Shown here: in pieces, positions 48,499 through 59,393 of the stretch | Layout of the letters: each line of letters starts with the position of its first letter | Numbering within the stretch: the stretch's first letter is position 1 | DNA from: an uncultured delta proteobacterium | Lineage (GTDB): Bacteria; Myxococcota_A; Polyangia; Polyangiales; Polyangiaceae | Reading direction: 5' to 3' | Assembly (NCBI GenBank): GCA_963806225.1 | Contig: CAWDXG010000004.1 | Location: 3,648,001 to 3,712,000 of the forward strand | DNA length: 64,000 nucleotides | Program-made: the position numbers and the translations under genes | The notes under the pieces: generated by a model | Database searches by the model: none | What the model saw: only the letters and a program-made list of their open reading frames with translations | Told to the model about the DNA's origin: nothing

Positions 48499-51162
48499 CT
48501 AGTCCCACTGGATGCGTAGATGGCGGACGCGGCCGCCGCGATCGCGGGTCTGGTCCGCGAAGAACAGCTCGCGACCGAGCAGCACCGGGAACACGGACTC
48601 GCCGGCTGGGCCCGTCAGCCCCGTGAGCCGGGACAGGCGTGGAGCACCAGCGCCAGGGTGCCACTCGAACGCCTGGAGCACCGCGTGACGGCCCACGTCG
48701 ACACCCACCACGACGCCGCACATCGCCTCGCGGCAGCTGAGGCCGACCGACGTGGGTGAACCGCCGTCGCCAGGAATGATCGCCGGGGGCGCCACGAAGC
48801 GTCCATCCGCATCCAGCTGGCCGATCCGGATGCCGGGGCTGTCACTGGCAAGCGGGTTTTCCGGGCGCGCCTCGACCCAGGCCACCACGGCGCCTTTCCC
48901 GAAGGGCGCGAGCACCGGCGAGTGCGAGTGCGGACGCGTGGCCATCAGCCGCTGCTCGGGCGCCAGGGGCTTGCCATTGGCGTTGTCGACACGTGCCAGG
49001 TAGATGTCCGCCCAGCCAGGCTCGGCGCTGTCCCGCGTATCGGCCCACGCCAGAAGCGTGTGGTCGCCCCGGCGCAACATGCTCAGGCCTGTCGCTCCGC
49101 CGGTCACGCTGGTCACGCGCTGCTCGGGCGCTACGCGCTTCAGCGCGCGATTCACTTTCGTGACGTAGACCTCGGGGTCCCCCGTGCGCTCGTCTACCCA
49201 ACCGACCAGCCAGCCGTCGCCCACGTAGGCGGTCGCCACGTCGCTGACCTCGCCCTTGTGGTGCGTGAGCGCGTGCTGCACCTGCTTCCTGCCGTCCACA
49301 CCGACGCGCGTGACGAAAATCTGGGGCTGCTTGTTGTCCATCGCCGCCCAGGCGAGCAGGGCCTCGTTCTTCGATGGGTCGCCGGCCGAAAGCGAGACGC
49401 CGCCGAGCGACCGCGCACGGAGCGAGATCGTCTGCGGCTCGCCGGCTGGCTTGCCATCGGGAAACGCGCGCACCTGCAGCAGCGCTCGCGTCGGATCGTA
49501 GCGGCCGTCGGGCGCCGGATGCTTGAGGCGTTTGTAGGGCGTAGTGGGGTCGAAGTAGGTGACCCAGGCAGCGAGCGTGGTGGTGGCCACCCGGGTCGCG
49601 GAGACGTCGGCAAGCGGCGCCAGCTCGGCCACGGCGGAGTTCGACAGCGCGAAGGGCGGAGCCGGAGGAGTGACGTGATGACCGGGCGGGGTCCAGTCGC
49701 CCGTGTGCGCGGCTAGATCCACGGCATAGATGGGCGCGGGCGATTTCGAGAGCGCGGCCAACGCGGTGCAACCGTGACTGCGACAGGTCAGCCCCCATGC
49801 CAGGGAAACGCCGGCACCGCCGAGAGCGGACAGCCGCGCGGGCTCGGCGCCCACCACGTGCAGGGTGCGGTTGAATTCGACGAACGTGGGCAGGTTGTCG
49901 GCATCCTGGCAATCGTCGCCCTTGTGGCAGGCGGGCGCGAGCGTCAGTGCTGCCACTCCAGCGCGGGTCGCCCGCATCTCCGGCACGCTGCCGTCCTCGG
50001 CAGCCATGAGCAGCACGCCGCGGTTCGCGCCGAGCTTCGCGTCGGCGCTCACGGCGGCCAGCTTGATCGCGCGGCCGTGGTCCGGTCGCTCGTTGAGATT
50101 TTCCCAGGCGATGTACGCCGGTCCGTGACCCTGGAATGGACGGACCAGCCGCACCAGCGCCTGCTCGCCGACCCGCCGCGTCCCCGGGGCGGGCGGGTGG
50201 ACGACCTTGCCGGACGCGCCGATGCTCGCGAGATAGATGCGCGGCTCGAGATCGCGCTCGTCCGACCAGGCCAGGAGCAGGGAGCCGTCGACGCGCGTCA
50301 TGTCCAGGTCGAGCCCGGCAGTCGGCAACTTGCTGACGACCAGCGGTTTGCCCGGCTTGCCGGCGGGATCGAGGAAGACCACCTCGACCGGACCGGTGGC
50401 GGTGTGGCCCTTGTCGGCCATGACAGCGGCGAGCGCGGCGCCGCCGTTGACGGGCACGGCCTGCCACGCTCGCGCATTTTCGAGCACGGTGTGCACGGCT
50501 CCGACCATTTCGCCAGCAGGGCCGAGCTCGACTGCGTGCACGTCCGCTCTATCGCCGTGCTGGACCGCCCACATCGCCAGCGTGCCGCGGGAAGTGGGGA
50601 CCGCGTCGACCCAGAGCACGTCTCCCGCAGGTTCGGCGAGCGCGGTCGGGCCTCCGCTGAGCTCGCCGCGCACGCCGAGCACCATCGCTTCCACCTGCTG
50701 GCTGCCGAAGCCGCGCCGCGTGCTCACGACGACAAAGCCCGGCTGGCCGAGCCTTGCCGGCTTGCCCGCGGGCGCCGCCTTTTGTGGGCCTCCGGCCGGC
50801 TTGACCGCGACCAGACCGATCTGGCCGGGAGCATCGGTGAGCGCCAGCGGCTTGCTTGGCGTTGCCGTGTGGGTGCCCAGCGAAACGGTAAACCAACGGC
50901 GCGACTTGCCCTTGCCAGGGACCTCCGCCCACACGGCGATCGTGCTGCCTGGACGCTCGCCGACGTAGGGACCGTACGTGCCGGACGGAACCTCCGCGAG
51001 CTTCACCGACGGCAGGGCCGCCGGCTTCGCGGTCGCGCCGGCATCGCCTACGGCCGCCGACGCGGCCGGATGTGGGTGCGGATGCGCAAGAGGCGCCTGG
51101 GAGGCGGGCGAGCAACCGATCGCGACGAGCGCGACGAAACAGAAGCGTCGGAGCACGGGCAC
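48499..51162 (-). CDS. Large lipoprotein with repeated beta-rich (propeller-like) units
   Basis: GTG start, MPVLRRFCFVALVAIGC lipobox; repeated 'LLAWSDERD..PRIYLASI', 'LVGWVDERTGDPEVYVTKV', 'LLAWADTRD...DIYLARV'. Confidence 0.75.
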   Translation of the reverse strand: MPVLRRFCFVALVAIGCSPASQAPLAHPHPHPAASAAVGDAGATAKPAALPSVKLAEVPSGTYGPYVGERPGSTIAVWAEVPGKGKSRRWFTVSLGTHTATPSKPLALTDAPGQIGLVAVKPAGGPQKAAPAGKPARLGQPGFVVVSTRRGFGSQQVEAMVLGVRGELSGGPTALAEPAGDVLWVDAVPTSRGTLAMWAVQHGDRADVHAVELGPAGEMVGAVHTVLENARAWQAVPVNGGAALAAVMADKGHTATGPVEVVFLDPAGKPGKPLVVSKLPTAGLDLDMTRVDGSLLLAWSDERDLEPRIYLASIGASGKVVHPPAPGTRRVGEQALVRLVRPFQGHGPAYIAWENLNERPDHGRAIKLAAVSADAKLGANRGVLLMAAEDGSVPEMRATRAGVAALTLAPACHKGDDCQDADNLPTFVEFNRTLHVVGAEPARLSALGGAGVSLAWGLTCRSHGCTALAALSKSPAPIYAVDLAAHTGDWTPPGHHVTPPAPPFALSNSAVAELAPLADVSATRVATTTLAAWVTYFDPTTPYKRLKHPAPDGRYDPTRALLQVRAFPDGKPAGEPQTISLRARSLGGVSLSAGDPSKNEALLAWAAMDNKQPQIFVTRVGVDGRKQVQHALTHHKGEVSDVATAYVGDGWLVGWVDERTGDPEVYVTKVNRALKRVAPEQRVTSVTGGATGLSMLRRGDHTLLAWADTRDSAEPGWADIYLARVDNANGKPLAPEQRLMATRPHSHSPVLAPFGKGAVVAWVEARPENPLASDSPGIRIGQLDADGRFVAPPAIIPGDGGSPTSVGLSCREAMCGVVVGVDVGRHAVLQAFEWHPGAGAPRLSRLTGLTGPAGESVFPVLLGRELFFADQTRDRGGRVRHLRIQWD

Positions 51163-51340
51163 CGGAACCTGCCAAAGCCGGAGGCCTCGCGCAACCAGAC
51201 GCCCTCCGCGCGCCCACGGCCGGGTCGACAGAATGCAAAATGCGGCCGGAAGAGCCCGTCGAGCCCTGGAAAACCGCGACGTCCGCCACCGGACACGTGC
51301 GGATTGCCTTCGGCGAAAAGCATGGTCACGGTCCGCTACC

Positions 51341-54300
51341 ATGGAGAGAGATCTTCTAGGGGCGGACCTGGAGCGACTGTTCGATCTCGCCGAGTTGATG
51401 CAACTCGGCCGCTGGGTGCTCGGCGTCGAACCGGACGAGGTCGGCGGCCACGGCGCACGGGGCTCTTTCGCGGCGGCTCTGGCGAAGCGCTGCGCGGCCG
51501 AGGACGCAACCGCAGCGTTGTGCGACGCCGTCCTCGCCTTGCGCCAGGGCACGGACCCGGCGATCGCGCGCCTGCGCGACGGCGGGGCGGAGGGACGGCT
51601 CCTCGAGGCGGGGGACAAGCTCGGGCCCTACACCATCGAGCGCAGCCTGGGGCAGGGCGCGCTCGGCACCGTCTACGTTGCACATCGGGGTGACGACGCC
51701 GTCCGCATCAAGCTGCTCCACAGACACTGCACGCGCGACCGCAGCGCGGTGCAGCGTTTCCTCGCGTTGAACCGGCGCCTCGAGGCGAGAGGGCATGTTG
51801 GACTTCCAACCCGGTTCGAGTCGCTCGCGTTCAACGGCCGGATTGCGCTCGTCCAGGCCTACGTCGAAGGGGAAACTCTCGACGCTCGCCTGCCGCGCAC
51901 GGGGCCGGCGCGCCTGCGCGAGCTGTGGGCGGTCCTGCGCGGCACGCTGGAGGCACTCGCATCGCTTCACAATCGACGCATCGTCCACGGCGACCTCGCG
52001 CTCTCGAATGTGCTGGTCGAGCCCGACGGCGACAGCAAGCGCGTGCTACTGCTCGACGCCGGCTCGGACTTCCTGCGGGCGCATCTACCGCCCGCAGAAG
52101 CGCGCCGCGCAGCCCCCGAGCTGCTGCGCGGCGAGACGCCGACGCCCCGCACCGATGTGTACGCCTTCGGCACGCTTCTGTACGAGCTGATGAGCGGGCA
52201 CGCGGTCTTCCCGGGAAACAACGGACAGGAAGCCTGGCTGCTGCCGCTGACCCACGATGCCGATCCTCTAAGCTTCCACGCGCCCCGCGGCTTTGTCACC
52301 GGCGAGCTCGACGAGTTCGTGATGGGCCTTCTGGACAAGGATCCGTCGCACCGACCTGCAGACGCAGGCGTGGCACTGGAGGTACTCGAAGCGCTGGTGG
52401 AGCTGTCGGTCCGGCGCGACAGTCTGCTACCCGAAGCCGAGCTCGATCATCGCGCACAGGCATTGCTCGAGGCTCCCGACGACGAGGTCCGCGCCGCCAC
52501 ACTGGAAGCGGCGGTGGACCAGGGCGCCGACCCGAGACGCATTGGCGACGCGCTGCGGATGGCGGCCGACGAGCTCGAGCAGCGCCCCGAGGCGCTGGAA
52601 GCAAGAAAGCGGCTTCTGTATCGCGCGGCCGCGCTCTTCGAGCGCGCCGCCGCCGACCTCGACGCCGCGGAGCGCACGTACCAGACACTGCTGCTCATCG
52701 ACCCGGCCGACGAGATCGCCTCGGCGCACCTGGAACGGATCTACCGTCGCCTCGGCAAGCACGACCGCCTGGTGGAGACGCTGCTCGTCCGGGCCGAGCA
52801 GAGCCCAGGCGCTCGCGAGCGCGCCGCCGCGTTCGCTCGCATGGGCAACCTGCTCGCCGTCGAGCTGGACGACGCCGAACAGGCGCTGATCGCCTACACC
52901 CACGCGCTCTGCGCAGACCCCACGGAAAGCGACTTTGCCGAGCAGATCGAGCGGCTCGCGGGGGCGGACATGCAGGCGTGGACCGACGTCCAGGCGAGCT
53001 GCTCGGAGGCCATCGCCGACGACGCCAGCGCGGAACAGAAAAGCCGGCTTCTGGGCTACATGGGGCGCTGGTACGCGTCCCGGCTGAAGCGGCCCGATCT
53101 CGCCGTGCAGTGCTACCAGACGGTGCTCGAGGCGGACCCCGCCAACGACCTCGCGCTCAGGGAGATGGCGTCGCTGTACCGGGAGGCGAGACTGTGGCGG
53201 GAGCTCGTCGGTGTGCTCGTGCTGCGCGCCGACGCGGCCGTCACACCGTCACTCGGCCGCGAGCTCCGTGCCGAGGCCGCGGAGATCTACGCCGCGCGGC
53301 TCGATGACGCTACCGCGGCGAAACGTCTGTACGAGCAGGTCCTATCGGAGGATCCCGCGCACGAGCATGCGACGCGCGGTCTGGCGGAGCTGCTCCGACG
53401 CGAAGGCGATCTGCGGGCGTGCATCGCGATCCTCGAGCGACGTGCGGCCGCGCTCAGGAGCGACGCGCGGCGCGAGCTGCTCCTCGAGATCGCCGGCATC
53501 GAGGAACACGCCCTGGCCGATGCCGAGGCGGCCGCGCGCCGCTACGGCAACGTGCTGGTGGAGTCGCCGGAGGACCTGGACGCGCTCAGCGGACTGGAAC
53601 GCATCTACGTCCGGCTCGGCCGCTATCCGGAGCTGGTCGACAACCTGCACCGGCAGCTCGCGCTTGCTGTCGTTCCCGCGCAGAAAACCCTGCTGCTCGA
53701 GCGCATCGCCGCCATCTACGCGGAGGAGTTCCTCGATCGCGCGATGGCGACCGACACGCTGGAAAAGGCGCTGGAGCTCGACCCCAAACGGGAAAGCACG
53801 CTCCAGACCCTCGCCGAGCACTACCGTGCCCTGGAACGCTGGCAGGATCTCATCCGCATCCTCGAACGGCAGCTCGAGCTCGAGCTCGCTCGCGCGGCGC
53901 GGATCGAGAAACTGACGACGCTCGCGGAAATCTACGGAAACCGCCTCGGCCAGCCCGAGCCCGCGCTCGCACGCTGGGACACCGTTCTCGAGCTGGATCC
54001 GGGCCACGACATCGCGCTCGGCCAGGTCGCGCGGCTGCGCACCACACTCGGCGACCAGGAGCACGCGCTCGTCGCGATCGAGACGATGGCCGCCAGGGCG
54101 ACCGCGCCCGACGAGAAGGCCCGGCACTTTGCCGAGGCGGCGCGTCTGCTGGAAGAGCGCGGCGAAATCGACGCCGCCATCGAACGCTACAAGCGCGCAC
54201 TGGAAGCGACTCCGCGCGACGCGGCGCTTCTCGACCGGCTCTCGGCAGCACATCTGGCGCAGGGCGACACCGCAGCCGCCATGTCGGTCCTCGAGCGCCG

Positions 54301-56608
54301 TATCGAGCACGCGGACAGCGACTGGGCGCGCGCTCGCGTCTGCGCCGAGCTCGCATGGCTGGCTCGCGATCGAGTCGGCGACCCCGAGCTCGCGAGGAAG
54401 ACTGCGCGACGCGCGATCGGCTACGATCCCGACAACGCCGCTGCGCTCGCGCTGCTGGCCGACATGGCGTACGAGGCGGACGATTTCGAACAGGCCACCG
54501 ATCTGTACCGCAAGGCGGGAGGTCAGAGCGAAGACCCCGCCGTGCTCGCCCGTTATGCCGACGCACTGTCGAAGCTCGGCGAAAACGAGGAGGCGCTCGC
54601 AGTCGCCGAACGCTGGCTGGCGCTCGCACCCGACAACGTCGACGCCGTGCACCACGGGGCCGAGCTGGCGTTCGAGTGCGGCGTGTGGAAGCGGGCGGCC
54701 GAGCTCGCGTTGACCTGGCACGACCGCGTCGATTCGCGCGAGCAGTTCGCCGACCGCGGCGAAGCGCTATACTTGCTCGGCGAATCCCGGCGACGGCTCG
54801 GCGACGGCGACGGCGCCCGGGAGGCCCTGCAGCGGGCCGCCCGCCTTCTGCCCGACGACGCGCGACCGCTCGCTGCCGTGGCGCACATCCACGAGGACCG
54901 GGAGGAATGGCACGAGCTGGAGCGCACGCTCGAGCGCAATCTGGATCGCGTGGAGCCGGACTCGCGGCTCGAGCTCTACATGAAGCTCGGCGAGATCGCG
55001 AGCGTGCGTCTCGGCGACGCCGACGCGGCGGCGCGTCGCTATCTCGCCGCACTCGCGGAGCATCCGAAGGAGCGACGGGTCCTGCTCAAGCTGCTGGAGC
55101 TCTACAGCGCGGGCAAGGACTGGACGAGACTCGTCAACGTCATCCTGGAGATCGCCGAGCTGGTCGCCGACGAGGGACAGCAGGCCAAGTACCTCCACAC
55201 AGCGGCCCGCGTCGCGGCGCAGGAGCTCGACGACAAGAAGCGCGCGGTCGAGCTGCTCGAGCGCGCGCTGGCGCTCGACCCGGCGCTGCCGGACGCCGCC
55301 ACCGAAGCCGTCGAGCTCTACCAGTCCCTCGGCGACGAGGACGCCGCGGTGCGCGTCCTCGAGCTCCGGCTGCGCGCCGTGTCGGCGGACGGCGACCGGA
55401 AGCAGGCGCTCGCGATCCTCGATCAACTGGCGGATCTGCACCTGTCGCAACTCCGCATCGAGGAGGCGATCACGGCGACCGAAGCCGCGTTACAGCTCGC
55501 TCCCGAAAGCGAGCGCCGCGGCAAGCTCCTGGCCGAGCTCTACGCTTCCGAGCCCACGCGCTATGCATCGCAGGCCGTTCACGCACAGGAGGAGCTCCTG
55601 CGCGAGGACCCGTATCGCCCCGAGCCCTACGAGACGCTGCATGCGCTCTACTCGGAGGCGTCGCGACCGGACGGTGTGTGGTGCGTGTGCCAGGCGCTCG
55701 TCCTTTTGCACCGTGCCACCCCGCGACAGGAAACCTTCTTCCGCCTCCACCGCCGCCCCGGACCGCTGGCGACGTCGGCGCACGTCACCGACGACGAGTG
55801 GTGGGCGCTGCTCATGCATCCCGGCGCCGACCCGCAGGTCACCAGGGTGTTCCGGTTGATCCAACCGTCCATGGTCACGGCGCGCACCAAGGCGTTCGAG
55901 AAGTTCGGCTACCACTTCGACCAGCGCGTCGACACCGGGAGCGACGCGCAGGGCCTCGCCCTGGCGCTCGGCAACGCGGCGAGCGTGCTCGGCATGAGCC
56001 TGCCACCGATCGTGCACGACCCGTCGCTGGGCGGAGCGATCTCGCTCCTGAGGTCGAATCCGGGTGCCCTCGCCCTCGGCAACGCCGGGATGTCGAGGGA
56101 TCTGCCGCCAAGGCAGGCGGCTTTCGTGGCCGCAGCGCATCTGTCGTACTTCAGGCCCGGCCTGTACGCGCGCTACCTGATCCCGACCCGCACCGCCCTC
56201 AAGGCCTGGCTGCTCGCAGCCCTCAAGCTCATCGCGCCGCGGTTGCCCATCGCTCCCAACCTGGAAGGGCCCACCCAGGAGGCCCACCAGATCCTGGCGC
56301 GGGAGATGGTCGGGCCGGCGCGGGACGAGCTGGCAGAACCGGTCTCCGAGCTGTTGCGGCGCGGCGCAACGGTCGATCTGGCGCGCTGGATCAACGCGGT
56401 CGATCTGACGGCTGACCGCGCGGGGCTCCTGCTCTCCGACGACCTGGGCGCTGCGCTCGCGCTCGTCAAGAGCTCCAGGGACGAGGCGACATCAGTACCG
56501 ATAGCGGAACGTCTGAAGCACCTGTACCGCTATGCGGTCAGTAGCGAGTACCTGTCCCTCAGAGCACACCTGCGCGTCGACGTCGGCCGCGGTCCGCTCG
56601 AGAACTAG
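51341..56608 (+). CDS. Atypical Ser/Thr kinase-like domain + long TPR array protein
   Basis: GQGALG, VRIKLL, HGDLALSNV, LLDAG, APE, DVYAFG; many TPR-like repeats; myxobacterial C-terminal domain (DLARWINAVDLTADRAGLLL). Confidence 0.85.
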   Translation: MERDLLGADLERLFDLAELMQLGRWVLGVEPDEVGGHGARGSFAAALAKRCAAEDATAALCDAVLALRQGTDPAIARLRDGGAEGRLLEAGDKLGPYTIERSLGQGALGTVYVAHRGDDAVRIKLLHRHCTRDRSAVQRFLALNRRLEARGHVGLPTRFESLAFNGRIALVQAYVEGETLDARLPRTGPARLRELWAVLRGTLEALASLHNRRIVHGDLALSNVLVEPDGDSKRVLLLDAGSDFLRAHLPPAEARRAAPELLRGETPTPRTDVYAFGTLLYELMSGHAVFPGNNGQEAWLLPLTHDADPLSFHAPRGFVTGELDEFVMGLLDKDPSHRPADAGVALEVLEALVELSVRRDSLLPEAELDHRAQALLEAPDDEVRAATLEAAVDQGADPRRIGDALRMAADELEQRPEALEARKRLLYRAAALFERAAADLDAAERTYQTLLLIDPADEIASAHLERIYRRLGKHDRLVETLLVRAEQSPGARERAAAFARMGNLLAVELDDAEQALIAYTHALCADPTESDFAEQIERLAGADMQAWTDVQASCSEAIADDASAEQKSRLLGYMGRWYASRLKRPDLAVQCYQTVLEADPANDLALREMASLYREARLWRELVGVLVLRADAAVTPSLGRELRAEAAEIYAARLDDATAAKRLYEQVLSEDPAHEHATRGLAELLRREGDLRACIAILERRAAALRSDARRELLLEIAGIEEHALADAEAAARRYGNVLVESPEDLDALSGLERIYVRLGRYPELVDNLHRQLALAVVPAQKTLLLERIAAIYAEEFLDRAMATDTLEKALELDPKRESTLQTLAEHYRALERWQDLIRILERQLELELARAARIEKLTTLAEIYGNRLGQPEPALARWDTVLELDPGHDIALGQVARLRTTLGDQEHALVAIETMAARATAPDEKARHFAEAARLLEERGEIDAAIERYKRALEATPRDAALLDRLSAAHLAQGDTAAAMSVLERRIEHADSDWARARVCAELAWLARDRVGDPELARKTARRAIGYDPDNAAALALLADMAYEADDFEQATDLYRKAGGQSEDPAVLARYADALSKLGENEEALAVAERWLALAPDNVDAVHHGAELAFECGVWKRAAELALTWHDRVDSREQFADRGEALYLLGESRRRLGDGDGAREALQRAARLLPDDARPLAAVAHIHEDREEWHELERTLERNLDRVEPDSRLELYMKLGEIASVRLGDADAAARRYLAALAEHPKERRVLLKLLELYSAGKDWTRLVNVILEIAELVADEGQQAKYLHTAARVAAQELDDKKRAVELLERALALDPALPDAATEAVELYQSLGDEDAAVRVLELRLRAVSADGDRKQALAILDQLADLHLSQLRIEEAITATEAALQLAPESERRGKLLAELYASEPTRYASQAVHAQEELLREDPYRPEPYETLHALYSEASRPDGVWCVCQALVLLHRATPRQETFFRLHRRPGPLATSAHVTDDEWWALLMHPGADPQVTRVFRLIQPSMVTARTKAFEKFGYHFDQRVDTGSDAQGLALALGNAASVLGMSLPPIVHDPSLGGAISLLRSNPGALALGNAGMSRDLPPRQAAFVAAAHLSYFRPGLYARYLIPTRTALKAWLLAALKLIAPRLPIAPNLEGPTQEAHQILAREMVGPARDELAEPVSELLRRGATVDLARWINAVDLTADRAGLLLSDDLGAALALVKSSRDEATSVPIAERLKHLYRYAVSSEYLSLRAHLRVDVGRGPLEN

Positions 56609-56612
56609 CCGC

Positions 56613-56891
56613 TCAGAAGCCCTGGGACGGCACGTCTCCCACGCTGCACGATCCGGCGATGTCCCGATAGCGGGCCATCGCCGGCACCAGATTGTCGGGG
56701 TCGGCGTAGGTCTGCTGGCTGGCGGTGTAGTGGTCGAGCTCGGAGCCGCGGCGACACGATGACGTGCTTCGCTTTCGGGCGGGCCTTGCGGCGCGCGGCT
56801 TTTCGCCGGCTGCCGCGGCGGCGCGGGATCTCGCCGTGCCGGTCAACACCACGGCCAGGGCAATCAACCGGGCGTGGGACCTCGGGCGCAT
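56613..56891 (-). CDS. Small hypothetical, possibly secreted protein
   Basis: MRPRSHARLIALAVVLTG... fills the gap between two + strand genes; no recognisable family. Confidence 0.3.
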   Translation of the reverse strand: MRPRSHARLIALAVVLTGTARSRAAAAAGEKPRAARPARKRSTSSCRRGSELDHYTASQQTYADPDNLVPAMARYRDIAGSCSVGDVPSQGF

Positions 56892-56982
56892 GGCGGCTCC
56901 CGATATTGCCCGACCGAAGCGAAAACCTTCATGATCAAGCACAAACCGCACCGCGGGCCGGGCAAACGGCTAGGATGCCGGC

Positions 56983-58698
56983 GTGACGCTGGCACAGCGC
57001 CTGCTGGTCGCGATCGGGATCCTCACGATCGCCACGACAGCCGCGCTCGGTTTCGGAGTGCGCGAAGCCTGGCGGCGCACGGAAGAGCAACGCTTCCGCG
57101 AGCAGTTCGAGCTGGTCAAGCAGCGGCTGCAGAAGGAGCTCCGGTCGCAGATGGTGGACCTGCCGGCGCTGATCGATCCGGTCTGCGATCACGATCCGCT
57201 GGTGGACAGCGCTCTGGTCGGTCTCAAGCGGGGCGACCTGGACGCGCGGCGGCTCTCACTCAGCCTGCGCGTTCCGGAGCTGATGAAGGCGCTGCGTCTC
57301 GACGAGCTGTTGCTGGTCACCAACCGGGGCGAGATCCTGGGCGCAGGCCAGGAAGGGCTGGTGGGCAAGCGGGACCAGAAGCTGCTCGCCCGCATGCGGA
57401 CACCCGGCGAGACCGCCAGCCTGCGCACCAGCGAATCGCCGCTGGCCGTTGAAGCGCACTGCACGCGCCCGGCCGACCGGAAAGGGCCGTGGGTGGGGCT
57501 GTACGCAGCGCGTCACGTGCAGTCGCTCTTCGACGAGATCGGGCGGAGCTACGGCGTCAAGCTGTCGCTGTCGCGGCCGACCGACGACAAGGACGCGATG
57601 ATCGCGCCGATGAGGCTGCCGGAGCTCGGCGGGATGACGGTAATCGCGAGCCGCTCCCGCGTGCCGCTGCACCGCGCGCTGGAGCAACTGGACTGGACGA
57701 TCCTGCTGATCGGTGGCGCCGTGTTCGGTGCGGCGCTGCTGGTCGCGATGCTGATGTCGCGCGGCCTGGCGCGGCCCATCGTGAGTCTGTCGCGACAGGC
57801 CCGCGCGGTGGTCACGGGCGAACCGAAACCCGTGGAAGGCGGCGGCGGCCGCGAGCTGGAGGAGTTCGCCGATTCCTTCAACAGGGCAATCGCCGATCTG
57901 GTAGCGCTCCGCAAACGGCTCGCCGCCACCGAGCGCATCGCCGCGCGGCGCGAGGTGGCCCGGCGCGTCGCCCACGAGATCAAGAACCCGCTGGCTCCCA
58001 TCCGCGCTGCGGTCGAGACGCTCAGGCGACTGCATGCCCGGGGCGATCCGGCGTTCGAGGAGTACTTCGACGAAGCGACGCGCACGGTGCTGGATGAGGT
58101 GGCGCGCATCAGCAACATCGTCACGCAGTTCACACGCTTCGCGCGGCTGCCGCCGCCCGAGCCCGCGCCGATGGACATCGTGGAAACGGTGCGCAAGGTG
58201 GTCGGGCTGCATTCGAGCAGCGGCGCGGCGGTGTCGCTCGAGACGCAGAGCTGCCCGACGATCGTCGCGGATCGCGATCAGATCGTGCAGCTCCTGACCA
58301 ATCTGCTGGTGAACGGCATCGACGCGGCCAGCTCGGCGGACGAGCCGAAGGTGGAGGTCGAGCTCCGCCCCGGCGCACGCGACACGGTGGAGCTCGTGGT
58401 CAGGGACAATGGCCCCGGCGTTCCACCGGCAATGCGTGACCGGCTCTTCGAACCGTACGCCACGAGCAAGCCGGAAGGGACGGGCCTGGGGCTGGCCATC
58501 GCCGAGCGGATTGCGGTCGAGCATGGCGGCGACATCGTCTACTCGGACACCCCGGGCGGCGGCGCCGTGTTCACGGTCTCGCTGCCGGTCGCGGGGCCGA
58601 CACTGCTGACCGAAGCGCCTTCGAGCGCGCCGGGCGGTCCAGCTCCGGCGTCCCCGGACCGGCGCGCGAAGGAAGAAAAGCCGCGGGACTCCGTCTAA
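56983..58698 (+). CDS. HAMP-containing sensor histidine kinase (NtrY-like)
   Basis: Two TM helices, HAMP, VAHEIKNPLAPI (H box), NLLVNG, DNGPG, LFEPYATSK, GTGLGL. Confidence 0.92.
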   Translation: MTLAQRLLVAIGILTIATTAALGFGVREAWRRTEEQRFREQFELVKQRLQKELRSQMVDLPALIDPVCDHDPLVDSALVGLKRGDLDARRLSLSLRVPELMKALRLDELLLVTNRGEILGAGQEGLVGKRDQKLLARMRTPGETASLRTSESPLAVEAHCTRPADRKGPWVGLYAARHVQSLFDEIGRSYGVKLSLSRPTDDKDAMIAPMRLPELGGMTVIASRSRVPLHRALEQLDWTILLIGGAVFGAALLVAMLMSRGLARPIVSLSRQARAVVTGEPKPVEGGGGRELEEFADSFNRAIADLVALRKRLAATERIAARREVARRVAHEIKNPLAPIRAAVETLRRLHARGDPAFEEYFDEATRTVLDEVARISNIVTQFTRFARLPPPEPAPMDIVETVRKVVGLHSSSGAAVSLETQSCPTIVADRDQIVQLLTNLLVNGIDAASSADEPKVEVELRPGARDTVELVVRDNGPGVPPAMRDRLFEPYATSKPEGTGLGLAIAERIAVEHGGDIVYSDTPGGGAVFTVSLPVAGPTLLTEAPSSAPGGPAPASPDRRAKEEKPRDSV

Positions 58699-58736
58699 TA
58701 TCGCAAGCCCCTGGCACGGAAGAGGCATCCGCAACG

Positions 58737-59393
58737 ATGAAAGCCGCAAGCCTGATGACCGCTCTTGCTCTCGCTCTGATGAGCAGCGGCTGCGTCATCA
58801 CCACCTATGAAGGCCTGCCGCCGCACGCGGCTCCGCCCCTGCTTCCGCCCCCGCCGGGCGCAGCCCCGCCCGCTCCCGCGTCCGCGCAGCGCCACCGGCA
58901 CGATCCGCGGCGCGCGGCGCCAGCGCGGCCTCGTCCCTGGCCGGCGCAGCCTCGTCAGCCAGCCCGGCCGGCCCAGGTGGGCCCCCGCCAACCCTACGCC
59001 CCTGCAACACCGGCCACTCGGCCTGGGCGTCCGGGGCCGGCACGCCCGGGACCGGGAGTTGGCACCCGTCCGCGGCCTGCGCGGCCGGCCCCTCGACCCG
59101 GCAACCCAAGGCCCGCGCACCATCCCGCGGGCGCCAAGCCCGTGACGCCCCATCCCGGGCCGGCCCCGCATCCGCACCCCGCGGTGCCGACGCCGACGAA
59201 GCCGACGAAGAAGCCCTCCCCCGCCCGTCACGGCACGCCCGACAAGGGCAAGCCGGGCAAGCCGAAACCGCCGCCCGGCCCCGGGATGAAGGGCAAGCCG
59301 GACGCGGGCGCCCCCCGCCCCAAGCACAAGGCGGGCAACCCCCGGAAGGCTGACGGGAAGCCCAAGCGCGTCCCGAAAGTGCCGGGCACCTGA
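58737..59393 (+). CDS. Pro/Arg/Lys-rich low-complexity lipoprotein
   Basis: MKAASLMTALALALMSSGC lipobox followed by a Pro-rich basic disordered chain. Confidence 0.7.
   Translation: MKAASLMTALALALMSSGCVITTYEGLPPHAAPPLLPPPPGAAPPAPASAQRHRHDPRRAAPARPRPWPAQPRQPARPAQVGPRQPYAPATPATRPGRPGPARPGPGVGTRPRPARPAPRPGNPRPAHHPAGAKPVTPHPGPAPHPHPAVPTPTKPTKKPSPARHGTPDKGKPGKPKPPPGPGMKGKPDAGAPRPKHKAGNPRKADGKPKRVPKVPGT

Noticed and set aside
48170..48626. Small ORFs across the 48.2-48.6 kb intergenic region
   Set aside because: No start codon with a suitable RBS; one runs through the terminator into the convergent gene. An amphipathic-looking frame (GIGKLIEGLYRRFLLWLSR) has no start codon. RNA structure explains the region better.
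53342..56415. Long overlapping ORFs inside the kinase-TPR gene
   Set aside because: Alternative-frame artefacts of GC-biased codon usage.
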